Shown: piece after piece, positions 26,858 through 40,024 of the stretch
Layout: each line of letters begins with the position of its first letter
Numbering within the stretch: position 1 is the stretch's first letter
From: Squalus acanthias
Lineage: Eukaryota
Length of the DNA stretch: 64,000 nucleotides
Direction: 5' to 3'
Assembly (NCBI GenBank): GCA_030390025.1
Contig: CM059431.1
Location: 139,936,001-140,000,000, forward strand
Program-made: the position numbers and the translations under genes
Notes under the pieces: model-generated
Database searches by the model: none
Seen by the model: the letters and a program-made list of their open reading frames with translations, nothing else
Told to the model about the DNA's origin: nothing

Positions 26858-29800
26858 GAATCATATAAATTTACAGCACGGAAGGAGGCCATTGTGGCCC
26901 AACGTGTCCGCGCCGGCCAACAAAGAGCTATCCAGCCTAATCCCACTTCCCAGCTCATGGTTCGTAGCCCTGCAGGTTACAGCATCCCAGGTGCACGTAC
27001 AAGCACTTTTGAACTGTGGCGAGCGTTCCTGCCTCTACCACCCTTTCAGGCAGTGAGTTCCAGACCCCCACAACGCTCTGAGTGAAGAAATTTTCCCTCA
27101 AATCCCCTCTATTTCTTCCACCAATTACTTTAAATCTGTGCCCCCTGGTTTTTGACCACTCTGCTAAGGGAAATAGGTCCTTTCTATCCACTTTATCTAT
27201 GCCCCTCATAATTTTATACACCTCAATAAGGTCTCCCCTCAGCCTCCTCTGTTCCAAGGAAAACAGACCCAGCCTATCCAGTCTTTCCTCATAGCTAAGA
27301 TTCTCTACTCCCGGCAACATCCTTGTAAATCTCCTCTGTACCCTCTCCAGTGCAATCACATCATTCCTGTAATGTGGTGACCAGAACTGCACGCAGTACT
27401 CTAGCTGAGGCCTGACTAGTGTTTTATACAGTTCAAGCATAACCCCCCCTGCTCTTGTATTCTATGCCACAGCTAATAAAGGCAAGCATTCCGTATGGCT
27501 TCTTAACCACCTTATCTTCCTGGCCTGCTACCTTCAGGGATCTGTGGACATGCACTCCAAGGTCCTTTTGTTCCTCTACACTGCTCGGTGTCCTACCATT
27601 TAATGTGTATTCCCATTCCTTGTTAGCCCTCCCCAAATGCATTACCGCACACATCTCCGGATTGAATTCCATTTGCCACTGTTCTGCCCACCTGACCAAT
27701 TTATTGATATCTTACTTCAGTCTACAGCTTCTTTCTTCGGTATCAACCACACAGCCGATTTTAGTATCATCTGCAAACTTGTTAATCATACCCCCTATAT
27801 TCAAGTCAAGATCGTTGTTATATACCACATAAAGCAAGGGACCTAGTACTGAGCCCTGCGGAACCCCACTGGAAACAGCCTTCCAGTCACAAAAACACCC
27901 ATCCACTATTACCCTCTGCTTTTCGTCTCCGAGCCAGTTTTGAATCCAGCTTGACACTTTGCCCTGGATCCCATGGGATTTTAACTTCGTGACCAGTCTA
28001 CCATGTGGAACCTTATCAAAAGCCTTGCTGAAGTCCCTATACACTACATCAGACGCACTACCCTCATCAACCCTCCTTGTTACCTCCTCAAAAAATTCAA
28101 TCAAGTTTGTCAGACACGACCTTCCCTTAACAAATCCGTGCTGACTATCCTTGATTAATCCGTGTATTTCTAAATGAAGATTTATCCTGTCCTTCAGAAT
28201 TCTTTCCAATAATTTTCCCACTACCGAGGTTAGACTGACTGGCCTGTAATTACTTGGTCTATCCTTTTCTCCCTTTTTAATCAAAGGTACCACATTAGCA
28301 GTCCTCCGGCACCACACCTGAAGCCAGAGAGGATTGAAAAATGATGATCAGTGCCTCTGCTGTTTCCTCTTTTGCTTCGCTTAACAGCCTGGGATACATT
28401 TCATCTGGGCCTGGTGATTTATCCACTTTTAAAGCTGCTAAACCCCTTAATACTTCCTCTCTCACTATGTTTATTTCATCTAATATCTCACACTCCTTCC
28501 ACCCCCCCCCCCGATAGCAACGTCTACCCCGCCCCTCTCCTTTGTGAAAACAGACGCAAAGTATTCTTTAAGAACCCTACCGACGTCTCCCACCTCCACA
28601 CACATTACTCTCATGATCTCTAATAGGCCCTACCCTTTCTTTAGTTATCCTCTTACTCAATATATTTATAAAACATCTTTGGGTTTTCCTTGATTTTACT
28701 TACCAAGAATGTTTTAATGCTCTCTCTTTGCTTTCCTAATATTTTTAATTGCCCCCCTGCACTTTCTGTACTCCTCTAAAGATTCTGGAGTATTTAGCCC
28801 TTGGTATCTGTCATACGCCTACCTTTTTTTACTTGTTCCTACCCTGTATGTCTCGAGACATCCAGGGAGCTCGAGATTTGTTAGTCTTTAAGGGCCCATA
28901 TTTGGTCTGAACCCTCCGGATCTCCTCCTTGAATGCCTCCCACTGCTCTGACACTGATTTACCTTCAAGTAGCTGCTTCCAGTCCACTACGGCTAAATCT
29001 CCTCTGAGCTTAGCAAAATTTGCTTTTCCCCAATTTAGAATTTTTATTCCTGGTCTATCCTTGTCCTTTTCCATAACTAGCTTAAATCTAACAGAATTAT
29101 GGTCACTAGCACAAAAATGCTCCCCCACTGATATGCCCAGCTTCATTCCCTAAAACCAAGTCCAGAACCGCCCACTCCCTTGTTGGGCTTGCTACATACT
29201 GGCTAAAAAAGTTCTCCTGGATGCATTTTAGGAATTCTGCACCTTCTCTACCCTTCACACTAATTTTATCCCAGTTAATACTGGGGTAGTTGAAATCCCC
29301 TACTATTACTGCCCTATAGTTGTTGCACTTCTCAGAAATTTGTCTACATATTTGTTCTATCTCCCTCTCACTGTTTGGGGGTCTGTAGTACACTCCCGGC
29401 AGTGTGATCGCCCCTTTTCTGTTTCTAATTCGACCCATATGGCCTCATTTGATGATCCCTCCAACATATGTGATAGTGATAGTAGATTGGCGGTTAGGAT
29501 CAGATCAGCCATGATCTTATTGAATGGCGGAGCAGGCTCGAGGGGCCAGTTGGCCTACTCCTGCTCCTATTTCTTATGTTCTTATATCATCCCTCCTCAC
29601 AGCTGTAATAGTTTCTTTAATCAATACCGCGAGCCCTCCCCCTCCCTTTTTACCTCCCTCTCTATCCCGTCTGAAAATCCTGTAACCAGGAATGTTGAGC
29701 TGCCATACCTGCCCCTCTTTCAGCCACGTCTCTATAATAGCTATAATATCATAGTCCCAATTATCTACCTGTGCCCTCAGCTCATCTGCCTTGTTCGCTA

Positions 29801-30870
29801 TACTCCTTGCATTGAAGTATATACCATTTAGTACAGGCAAACTTGCTTGTTGACTACTATCGAGCCCTTGATTCCTCTGTCCTTCCAACTTAATTTCTAC
29901 GTTTTTGTTTTCCAATTCCAGTTTTTCTTCCCTCCCTATTGACTCTATACTTAGGTTCCCATCCCCCTGCCAAGCTAGATTAAACCCTCCCCAACAACAC
30001 TAGCAAACCCTCCCGCGAGGATATTGGTCCCGTTCCCGTTGAGGTGCAACCCGTCTGGCTTGTAGAGGACTCACCTCCCCCAGAAACTGTTCCAATTCCT
30101 CAGGAATCTAAAGCCCTCCCTCCTACACCCTCTCTCCAGCCATGCATTCATCTGCTCTATCTTCCTATTTCTGAACTCACTAGCACGTGGCACTGGTAGT
30201 AATCCGGAGATTGCTACCTTTGAGGTCCTGCTTTTTAACCTCTTTCCTAGCTCCCTAAACTCTGCCTGCAGGACCTCATCCCTCTTCCTACCTGTGTTGT
30301 TGGTACAGATATGGAGCACGACCTCTGGCTGTTCATCCTCCCACCTCAGAATGCCCTGCAGCCGTTCAGTGACATCCTTGACCCTGGAACCAGGGAAGCA
30401 ACATAACAACCTGGAGTCATGTCTGCGGCTGCAGAAACGCCTGTCTGCTCTTCTAACTATTGAATCCCTGATCACTATTGCTCTCTCTCTCTCCTCTTCC
30501 CCCCGCCCCCCCTGCCCCTCGCCTGTGCAGCTGAGCCTTCCATGGTGCTCTGGACTTGGCTCTGGCTGCACTCCCCAGAGGAACCCATCGCTCTCACCAG
30601 TACTCAGCACCGAACACTGGTTGGTGAGCAAGATGGGCACAGGGGACTCCTGCACTACCTGCCTGGTTCTCCTCTTCTGTCTGACGGTCACTCGTTCCCT
30701 CTCTGCCTGTACACTCTTAAGCTGCGGGGTGACCACCTCCCGAAACGTGCTATCCACATAGCTCTCAGCCTCGCGGATGCACAGCAGGGACTGCAGCCTC
30801 CGCTCAAGCTCCATAACCCGGTGCTAGAGCTGCTTTGCTGGCGACACTTCCCGCACATGTGGTCGTCCAG
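26858..30870 (-). mobile_element. Long CR1 LINE inserted into the minisatellite, with a small nested CR1 tail (about 29470-29585, +)
   Basis: Minus ORFs 26955-27440, 27712-28317, 29106-29438 (ORF2) and 30071-30814 (ORF1 esterase). Confidence 0.92.
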
Positions 30871-31493
30871 TTCTGCCCAATCAGTACATTGTGAGCCTGT
30901 CCCTCGCTCAGTGCTGCCCAGTCAGTACATTGTGAGCCCGTCCCTCTCTCAGTGCTGCCCAATCAATACATTGTGAGCCTGTCCTTCTCTCAGTGCTGCC
31001 CAATCAGTACATTGTGAGCCTGTCCCTCTCTCAGTGCTGCCCAATCAGTATATTGTGAGGATGTCCCTCTCTTACTGCTGCCCAATCAGTACATTGTGAG
31101 CCTGTCCTTCTCTCAGTGCTGCCCAATCAGTACATTGTGAGCCTGTCCCTCTCTCAGTGCTGCCCAATCAGTATATTGTGAGGATGTCCCTCTCTCACTG
31201 CTGCCCAATCAGTACATTGTGAGCCTGTCCTTCTCTCAGTGCTGCCCAATCAGTACATTGTGAGCCTGTCCCTCTCTCAGTGCTGCCCAATCAGTATATT
31301 GTGAGGATGTCCCTCTCTCAGTGCTGCCCAATCAGTATATTGTGAGGATGTCCCTCTCTCAGTGCTGCCCAATCAGTACATTGTGAGCCTGCCCCCTCTC
31401 AGTGCTGCCCAATCAGTATATTGTGAGGATGTCCCTCTCTCAGTGCTGCCCAATCAGTACATTGTGAGCCATCCCCCTCTCAGTGCTGCCCAA
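30871..31493. repeat. 41-bp minisatellite, right part (about 15 units)
   Basis: Same unit as 26705-26857, with gagcct/gaggat variants. Confidence 0.93.
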
Positions 31494-31900
31494 TTCTCTC
31501 TTTGCTATTTGTACAAAAGCTCAGCTCTGCTGGTTGGGAGATTTAATCGTTCATCCATTATAACCACTACAACCATATAACCAGAATCACCTGTGGATTT
31601 GTAATGAGATGTCTGCAGTACATTGTGCGACAGGTAGTATTCACCATCAGAGAGAACATTTCACCTTCACCCAGCTCGCCATGTTAAGTAAATATTAGTG
31701 TCCCATGTAGATTTGAAACTTCTCTCAGAAACTTCCTGTCAACCAAGGTTCTCATGAACTGTTTTGGTTTTCTAACTGTCCACGATTAAAATTTCTAAAT
31801 AGTTCGTGTTACATTTTACTGAAAAGCAGAGCAGTCTATCGGAGCTTTCTTTGACAATATAACTAACATTGAAACCACTTTCTGTCTGTTCTAATTGGAG

Positions 31901-33638
31901 ATCTTCAACAGAAACACAAGGAAACACTCCGGGTACAAACTGAAACACTGAGAGTGAACACTATCCTAATAAAGGAGAAGGTTAAGATTTTCCAGCTGGT
32001 TGATCGATACGCTGAGCTAACGATCATTTCTACTGTTCGAGATCGGACACTTGTAGAACATGAACTGCTGGCAAGAGGCCGAGACCATGAAGAGTGGAGA
32101 GAGAAACATCTCCGGAGAGAGCTGGAAAAAATCCGAACTGATCAATTGTTCCAGAGCAGTTTTTCCCCGTAGAAAATCCAATTCTGGGAGTTCAGGAGCA
32201 GTGAGCGGAGTCCCGGGGATTGGAAAAACAACAATGGTTAAAAGATTGTTCATGACTGGGCCACTGGGAAAATATACCCACAGTTTCAATTTGTTTTCAG
32301 CTTTAAATTCCGGGATTTGAACGCTATTAACTGTAGAATAAACCTTAGGAATCTGATACTGGATCTGTATCCTTACTTTGGGAATATTCTGGGAGAGCTC
32401 TGGAAGAACCCAGAGGGATTGCTGTTTATATTCGATGGATAAGATGAATTCAAGGACAGGATCGATTTTACTGACAATCGGAGAAATACAGAACCTCAGC
32501 ACATGTGCACAGATCCCGAAGACTGGTGTGAAGTGTCTGACATTGTGTACAGTTTAATACAGCACAAGCTGCTCCCAGGATGTTCAGTGCTAGTGAACAG
32601 CCGCCCCACTGCATTACATTTATTGGAAAAGGCTGAGATCAGTGTCTGGGCTGAAATCCTGGGATTTGTTGGTGAAGAACGGAAGGAATATTTCAACAAG
32701 TTTTTTGAAGATCAGACGGTGGCAGCAGCTGTTTTCAAACACGTGGAAGAGAATGAGATCCTGTACACCATGTGCTACAACCCTTCCTACTGCTGGATCC
32801 TCGGTCTGTCACTGGGCCCCTTCTTTACACAAAGAGACAGGAATCAGCAGCGAGCTCCCAAGACAATCACCCAACTATATTCCTACTATATTTACAACAT
32901 TCTGAAAAACCATGGCCGAGAGATTGAAAGCCCCCGTGATGTGTTACTGAAGCTTGGTGAGATGGCCTTCACTGGAGTCTTCGAGAAGAAGATTGTGTTT
33001 AGAAATGGAGATTTGATCAAGTACAATCTGCAACCTTCCCAGTTCCTGTCTGGGTTCATGATGGAACTTTTGGAGAGAGATGATTCTGCCCAGAGTGTGG
33101 TGTACACATTCCCGCACCTCACCATCCAAGAGTTTGTAGCCGCACTCGCACAATTCCTGACTCCAGATCCCGGGGACATCCTGAAACTCCTCAGAGAAGC
33201 CCACAGCAAGGAAGATGGGCGATTTGAGATATTTCTCCGTTTTGTTGCTGGTCTCTCCTCCCCACAGGCAGCTCGGCCCCTGGAGGAGTTTCTGGGTCCA
33301 TTTCTTCATCAAACCACCTGCCGAGTGATTGACTGGGTGAAGGAGAAGGTTGAAGGACAGATTGGAAACACTTCGAGTGAAACTGATCAAAGGAACCTCC
33401 TGAACACATTCCACTACCTGTGTGAGTCTCAGAATAAAGCACTCGCTCGGAAAACAGTGGGATCTGTGGAATTACTTAAATTTAGTGGATTGCGACTGAC
33501 CCCGATTGACTGTGTGGTCCTGTCTCATGTCATTGGACTCTGTGATACAATAAAACACCTCGACCTATGGAACTGCAACATTCAGTGTGAAGGACTCCAG
33601 CGGCTGGGACCCGTACTGCACAAATGCCGGGTGTTGAG
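31901..33638 (+). CDS. NLR NACHT exon (NACHT, HD1/WH/HD2, first LRR), disrupted
   Basis: ORFs 31954-32172, 32060-32320 and 32503-33642 join into one NACHT. +1 frameshift near 32165, -1 near 32240, TAA at 32440-32442. Donor AG|gtaact. Confidence 0.95.
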
Positions 33639-34249
33639 GTAACTGTTTATTTGTCTCTAACTGTTGGGCGAATTGTAGAACAGTCACCGATTGTGTTGTT
33701 GCTCCGTAATGAAAAGAAACAAACAGTTCAGTTAATCCAGAGAGAAGCAGATTCAACACAAATATGACCAATAATAAGATGATCGGTTAGTAATTCCCTA
33801 AGGACTGGAGAATGTAAAATTGATCCTTGTGAACACGTAGCGATTGTACAGGATTTATCGTATCAGCAAATATAAGTCACTGAGAGTCTGATAATTTAAT
33901 TTCAATAAATCATATTATTGCTATTTTCTAACTGCCTAAGAAACATCCATTGAAGAGGCTCCTTCTCACTATTACTCACATAGACAGACACTCACTGCAG
34001 CAGTTCGTGTGTCGGAGCATCCAATCCTCTTCCCGAGGTGTCGGCGCAAGAGACAGTCATCGGACTGTCATCGTGTGTAGGAGAGGGAATCAAACACCAA
34101 ACATTCAGTAACAGAGCGAAACACAGACTTCAAGCAGTCAACTACCAGTCGGCGAGCGGAGCATTCCCCACAGGGCGTCAGTGCATTATCTTAACTCATC
34201 AATGACACCGCCCTTGACACTCTCCAATACATCCACCAACTCTTCACCC

Positions 34250-34335
34250 AGCTGGCAAGACTCGTCCCTCTGAGTCAGAGGGTCGTGGATTCAGGACACA
34301 CGCTCGTAATCCGGGCCGACACTTGAGTGACATTT
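34250..34335 (+). mobile_element. tRNA-derived SINE 5' fragment (SacSINE/DeuSINE-like)
   Basis: cctctgagtcagagggtcgtggattcagg...taatccgggccgacact resembles the remembered head of this SINE family. Confidence 0.4.
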
Positions 34336-35186
34336 GAGAGCTAAAATCTGCCGGTAAAAAGGTTGCAATCTAACGTATTGTGGTGTATGAGCCCCGGATT
34401 ACAGACACACACCGGCCAGCGCTGGGGCCTCGCACACAGCGGGCGGCTCCTGGGTAAACCGGGGGCAGTGAACCCGGGAATTCCCCATAATCCGCCCCCT
34501 GTGTGTGAGGCCCCGCTCGGGGAGGGAACTTCCGAAAATTCCCCCAAAACTGTCGGGCCAGTTACACCTGAAATAAATGTAGAGCCAGTTTAATGGGATA
34601 AAGTGAGAGACTCCCCTCCCCTATAAACTAGGAGCACAGGGAGATTTAAAACTTGTAACGGGGCAGAATAAACTCTCCTTGTTATACAGAATCGTGGGGG
34701 ACGGATTTTACAGCAGCAGTTAGCGCCGTTTCACAATATAACTCACCCCGTGATATTATACAGCTTAATATAATGCACAGAGTATAAAGTACAGGGAATC
34801 ACCGCTTTATCATTTAATTCCGGGAAAATCGCCCCATTCCCATAAAATCCAGGATTTTAGGAGTAGCAGGAATGGGACAAGTTTCCCCAAACATGATGGG
34901 GCCGGTCACTGAACTCCAGGAGGGTAATTCTGATCATCAGGGAATGAGACCAGATTGAGGGACATTTAAAGGCTTCACACAGACAGCACTTTATTTAATA
35001 AATACATTTACTGACAGTCCCTGAATATATGGGGAGTTGGATAGAGTGAGATTCATTGTCAGTGACAGGAAAACTGGGTTATTAATTTCCTGAAAAAGTT
35101 TGTGATTGCTCTAATATCCGAGAGAGAAAAATATATCAGATCCAGGGTTTCATTCAGTTTGTTTCTCCCTCTCTGTTTGTGTTTAG

Positions 35187-35273
35187 ACTGGGGATCAATA
35201 AACTGGGAGATTCAAGAGTGAAACGACTGTCTGCGGCTCTGAGGAACCCGGACTGCAAAATACAGAAACTGGT
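35187..35273 (+). CDS. NLR LRR exon (87 nt)
   Basis: gtttag| LGINKLGDSRVKRLSAALRNPDCKIQKL |gtaagt; phase 2-2. Confidence 0.9.
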
Positions 35274-35493
35274 GTAAGTACCAAACTCTAAGATTGTGTT
35301 TATAATAACTGGATGTCTGACACTGTACATTATTAATAGTATCAGTAATAGTGTTGTTTTTAAACACTGTACATTATTATTAGTATTAGTAAAAGAATTA
35401 GTAATAAACACATGGTGTTTGCACGGAATCCTATGTTTTTTGGCCTGTCTCTCTTTCTCTGCCACCCTTTTTAACTCTGTTGCTGATCGGCAG

Positions 35494-35664
35494 GCTGTCT
35501 GAAAATGGTCTCACAGATTCTTGTGCCGGGGATCTAGCCTCCGCTCTCAGTACAAGCCGGTCACTGACGGTTCTGCACCTGGATAATAATAAACTGGGAG
35601 ATTCAGGAGTGAAACTATTGTCTGTGGCTCTGAGGAACCCGGACTGTAAAATACAGGAACTGCA
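35494..35664 (+). CDS. NLR LRR exon (171 nt)
   Basis: cag| LSENGLTDSCAGDLASALSTSRSLTVLHLDNNKLGDSGVKLLSVALRNPDCKIQEL |gtaagt; typical 171-nt RI-type LRR exon. Confidence 0.93.
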
Positions 35665-35892
35665 GTAAGTACCAGACTCTGAGATTGTGTTTATAATAAC
35701 TGGATGTCTAACACTGTACATTATTATTAGTATCAGTAATGGTGCTGTTTATAAAGACAACATTATTATTAGAATCCGTAATAGTGTTGTTTATAAAGAG
35801 AACATTATTATTAGTATCAGTAACAGTGTTGTTAAACACTGTGCATTATTAGTATCAGTGATAGTGTTGTTAATAAACACTGTACATTATTA

Positions 35893-37357
35893 TCTCAAAA
35901 AAAAACCTTGACTGCTCCATCCTTGCAAACTACAGCCCCATCTCCAACTTTTCTTTCCTCTCCATAGTCCTTTAACGTGTTGTCGCCTGAAAAATTCATG
36001 CCTATATTTTCCAGAACTCCATGTTGGAATCTCTCCAATCTGTTTCTGCCCTGCCACAGCACCGAAACGGCTGTTCTCAAAGTAACAAATGACATTCTTT
36101 GTGACTGTGACAAAGAAATTATTGCTCCTCGCCCTTCTCGACCCGCCTGCAGCCATGAGCACGATTGACCGCAGCTTCTCTTCAAACGCCTCTTCACTGT
36201 CATCCAGCTGGGTCGAACAGTATTCACCCGGTTCCATTTTTATCTGTCCAGTCGTACCTATAGAATCACCGGCAATGGCTTCTCTTCCCGCTCCCACACC
36301 ATTACCTCTGGTGTCCCCCAAGGTCTATGCTTAGCCCGCTCATCTACATGCTGCCCCATTGTGACATCATCTGAAACTCCAGCATCAGTGTCCACACGTA
36401 TGCTGACTACACTCAGCTCTATCTCACCGCCACCTATCTCGTACACTCCACTGTCTCTAAATTCTCACACTGCTTGTCCGACACCCGGTTGGGATCAGCA
36501 GAAATTTCCTGCAGCTAAATATTGGGAGGACCGAAGCCATTATCTTTGGTCCCTGCCACAAACTGAATTCTGTAGCCACTGACTCCATCCCTCTCCCTGG
36601 CAACTGACTGAGGCTAAACCAGACTGTTCACAACCTTGGTGTCATATTTGACCTCGAGATGAACTTCCGACCACATATCAGCGCCATCATCAAGACCACC
36701 TATTTCCCCCTTTGTAAAATCACCAGAATCCGCCTCCGCCTCAACTCACTGCTGCTGAAAGCCTCATCCACGCCTTTATTACCTGCAGACTTGACTATTT
36801 CAACGCACTGCTGGCCGGCCTCCCACTTTCTACCCTCTGTAAACTTGAGGTCCTCCAAAACTCTGCTGCTTATGTCCTAACTCACACCAAGTCCCTTTCA
36901 CCTATCATCCCTGTGCTCGCTGACCTGCATTGGCTCCCGGTTAGGCAACGCCTCGAATGTAAAAATATCAACCTTGTTTTCTAATCCCTCCATGGCCTCG
37001 CTCTTCCCTATTTCTGTTACCTGCTCCAGCCCTACATCCCTTGAGATATATCAGCACTGTTCCAATTCTAGACTCTTGAGCATCCCTGACTTTAATCGCT
37101 CCACCATTGGTGGTCGTGCCTTCAGCTGCCAAGTCCCTCAGCTCTGGAATCCCCCCCCCCCCCTAAACTTCTCTTCTCTACTTACCTGTCCTCCTTTAAG
37201 ATGCTCCTTAAAACTTACCTCTTTGACCAAGCTTTTGGTCATCTGCCCTAATATCTCCTTATTTGGCTCGGTGTTAAATGTTGTTTGATAACCCTCCTGT
37301 GAAGTGCACTGGGATGTTTTATTAAGTGAAAAGCGCTATATAAATACATGTTGTTGT
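35893..37357 (+). mobile_element. L2-type LINE 3' portion in an LRR intron
   Basis: HSTETAVLKVTNDIL; tctggtgtcccccaagg; end gcgctatataaatacatgttgttgt. Confidence 0.85.
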
Positions 37358-37474
37358 AGTATCAGTGATAGTGTTATTAATAAACAATGTACATTATTAG
37401 CATCAATTGTACTGTTATTAATAAACTCTGGGGATTTACTCTGATTGCTGTTAATTCTCTCTCTCTGATCCCAG

Positions 37475-37645
37475 GCTGTTTAAAAACGGTCTCACAGATT
37501 CTTCTACCGAGGATCTCGCCTCCGTTCTCACTACTAACCGATCACTGATGGCCCTGGACCTGGGTAGTAGTAATGTGGGAGATTCAGGAGTGAAATTACT
37601 GTCTGCGGCTCTGAGGAACCCGGACTGTAAAATACAGGAACTGAA
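37475..37645 (+). CDS. NLR LRR exon (171 nt)
   Basis: ccag| LFKNGLTDSSTEDLASVLTTNRSLMALDLGSSNVGDSGVKLLSAALRNPDCKIQEL |gtaagt. Confidence 0.92.
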
Positions 37646-37802
37646 GTAAGTACCAGACTGTGTGAGATTGCGTTTATAATTTATTAACTTTATCGCAGTT
37701 TCCATTCAGTTTTGGATTGATAGATACAATATCGAGTGCCTTTATTTAACTCTTTACCATTTTACTATCTCAGTCTTTCAGAAGTCAGTTTCTCAGAATT
37801 TT

Positions 37803-39208
37803 AAGAACATAACAATTAGGAGCAGGAGTCGGCCATACGGCCTGTCAAGCCTGCTTCGCCATTCAATAAGATCATGGCTGATCATCGACCTCAATGCCAC
37901 TTTCCCGCCTGATCACCATATTCCGTGATTCCCCGAGAGTCCAAAAACCTATCTTATCTGAGCCTTGATTATACTCGACGACTCAGCTTCCACAACTATC
38001 TGAGTGAAGAAATTCCTCCTCATCTCTTAAATGGCCGACCCCTTCTCCTGAGACTATGCCCCTTAGTTCAAGTCTCTTCAGCCAGGAGAAACAACCTCTC
38101 AGCATCTACCCCGTCAATCCCCCTCAGAATCTTGTATGTTTCAATGAGATCACCTCTCATTCTTCTAAACTCCAGAGAGTATAGGCGCAAACTACTGAAT
38201 CTCTCCTCATAGGGCAACCCTCTCATCCCAGAGATCAATCTAGTGAACCTTTGTTGCACCGCCTCTAAGTCATGTATGTCCTTTCTTAGAGAAGGAGACC
38301 AAAACAGTGCACAGTTCTCCAGGTGTGGTCTCACCAAAGCCCGGTACAATTGGAGTAAGACTGCCTTACTCTTAAACTCCAGCCCCCTTGCAATAAAGGC
38401 CAAAATGCCATTTGCCTTCCTAATTTCTTGCTGTACCTGCATGCTACCTTTCTGTATTTCCTGTACGAGCACACCTGAATCGCTCGGAACACCAACATTT
38501 AATAGTTTCTCACCATTATAAAATATTCTGCTTTTCTAGTCTTCTTAGCGAAGTGAATAACCTCACATTATATTCCATCTGGCACCTTATTGTCCACTCA
38601 CTTAACTTGTCTATATGCCTTAGCAAACTCTTTGTGTCCCCCTCACAGCTTACTTTCCCACCAACTTTGTATCGTCATCAAACTTGGATACATTGCACTC
38701 TGTCCCTTCATCCAAGTCATTAATATATAATGTAAATAGCTGAGGGCCAAGCAATGAACCTTGCGGCACCCCACTAGTTACAGCCTGCCAACCTGAAAAT
38801 CACACGTTTTACCCTACTCTCTGTTTCTGTCCGTTAACCAATCCTCTATCGATGCTATTATATTATCCCCAAATCCATGAGCCCTGATCTTGCGTAGCAT
38901 CCTTTTATGTGGCACCTTATCATACCTTTTGGAAATCCAAATATTCTACATCCACTGATTACCCTTTATCTACCCTGCTAGTTACATCCTCAAAAAACTC
39001 TTATAAATTTGTCAAACACGATTTCGCTTTCTTAAAACTATGTTGACTCTGTCCAATCATGTTATGATTTTTAAGTGCCCTGATACCGCCTCCTTAACAA
39101 TGGATTCCAGCATTTTCCCGACAACTGATGTCAGGCTAACTGGCCTGTAGTTGCCTGTTTTCTCTCTCCCTCCTTTCTTGAATAGCGTGATTACAGTTGC
39201 AATTTTAT
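37803..39208 (-). mobile_element. CR1 3' fragment
   Basis: Minus ORF 38068-38472 encodes the CR1 RT C-terminus; reverse tail aagaacataac. Confidence 0.87.
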
Positions 39209-40024
39209 AGTTTGGTGTCTTAGATGTCAGTTTTTCAGACTATAAAACAGTGTCCAGTATTTTTGTAGTCAGCTCTCTGTGATTTACAGGTCAGTGGGTT
39301 GACTATCATGGCAGGCCAGCTGGGTCCCTTGTATCCACATCCTGCTCTATGTGGGAACTCCAGGGCACTTCATGACCACGTGTGCAGGAAGTGCCGCCAG
39401 TTGCTCGAGCTCAAGCTCCGAATTTCAGAGCATGGGGAGCGGCTGGATTCACTGCAATGAATCCGGGAGCTGGAGAGTTTCTTCGAACGTACGTTCCAGG
39501 ATGTGGTCACCCCACAGCTGCAGAAGGTGAAGGAATGGGTGACTACCAGACAGGATAGCAGGAATGCGCAGGTACTGCAGGAATTTCCCAAGCCAGTGGT
39601 AATTGCTAATCAGTTTTCAATTTTGAATACCGGGGAGGGTGACTGCTCCTTGTAGGACTGCATTAAGAATTAAACCCCCGGCACCACCCGAGATTTGACT
39701 GCAGACAAGGGAAAAAGAAAGAGTTAAAATGCAGTAGTCACACGGGATTCGATAGTTAGGGGCATAGACCGGTGTTTCAGTAACAGAAAACATGATTCGC
39801 AATGGTATGTTGCCTCCCTGGTGAAAGAGTAAAAGATATCACCGAGTGGGTGCAGGACTTTCCGCGAGGGGAAGTGGAACAGCCAGAAGTCGTGGTACAT
39901 GTCGGAACAATGACATATGTAGAAAAAGTATTGAGGTCCTTCAAGCAGAGTTTAAGGAGCTAGGAAAAACATTTAAAAACAGGACCTCAAAGATAGTAAT
40001 GTCAGGATTACTCCCAGTGCCACA

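Noticed and set aside
32161..32245. Programmed ribosomal frameshifting to restore Walker A
   Set aside because: It would need two opposite shifts plus TAA read-through; mutation or assembly error is far simpler.
32503..33642. 379-aa ORF as a standalone gene
   Set aside because: It is the part of the NACHT exon after the Walker B stop, lacks both Walker motifs and ends at a splice donor.
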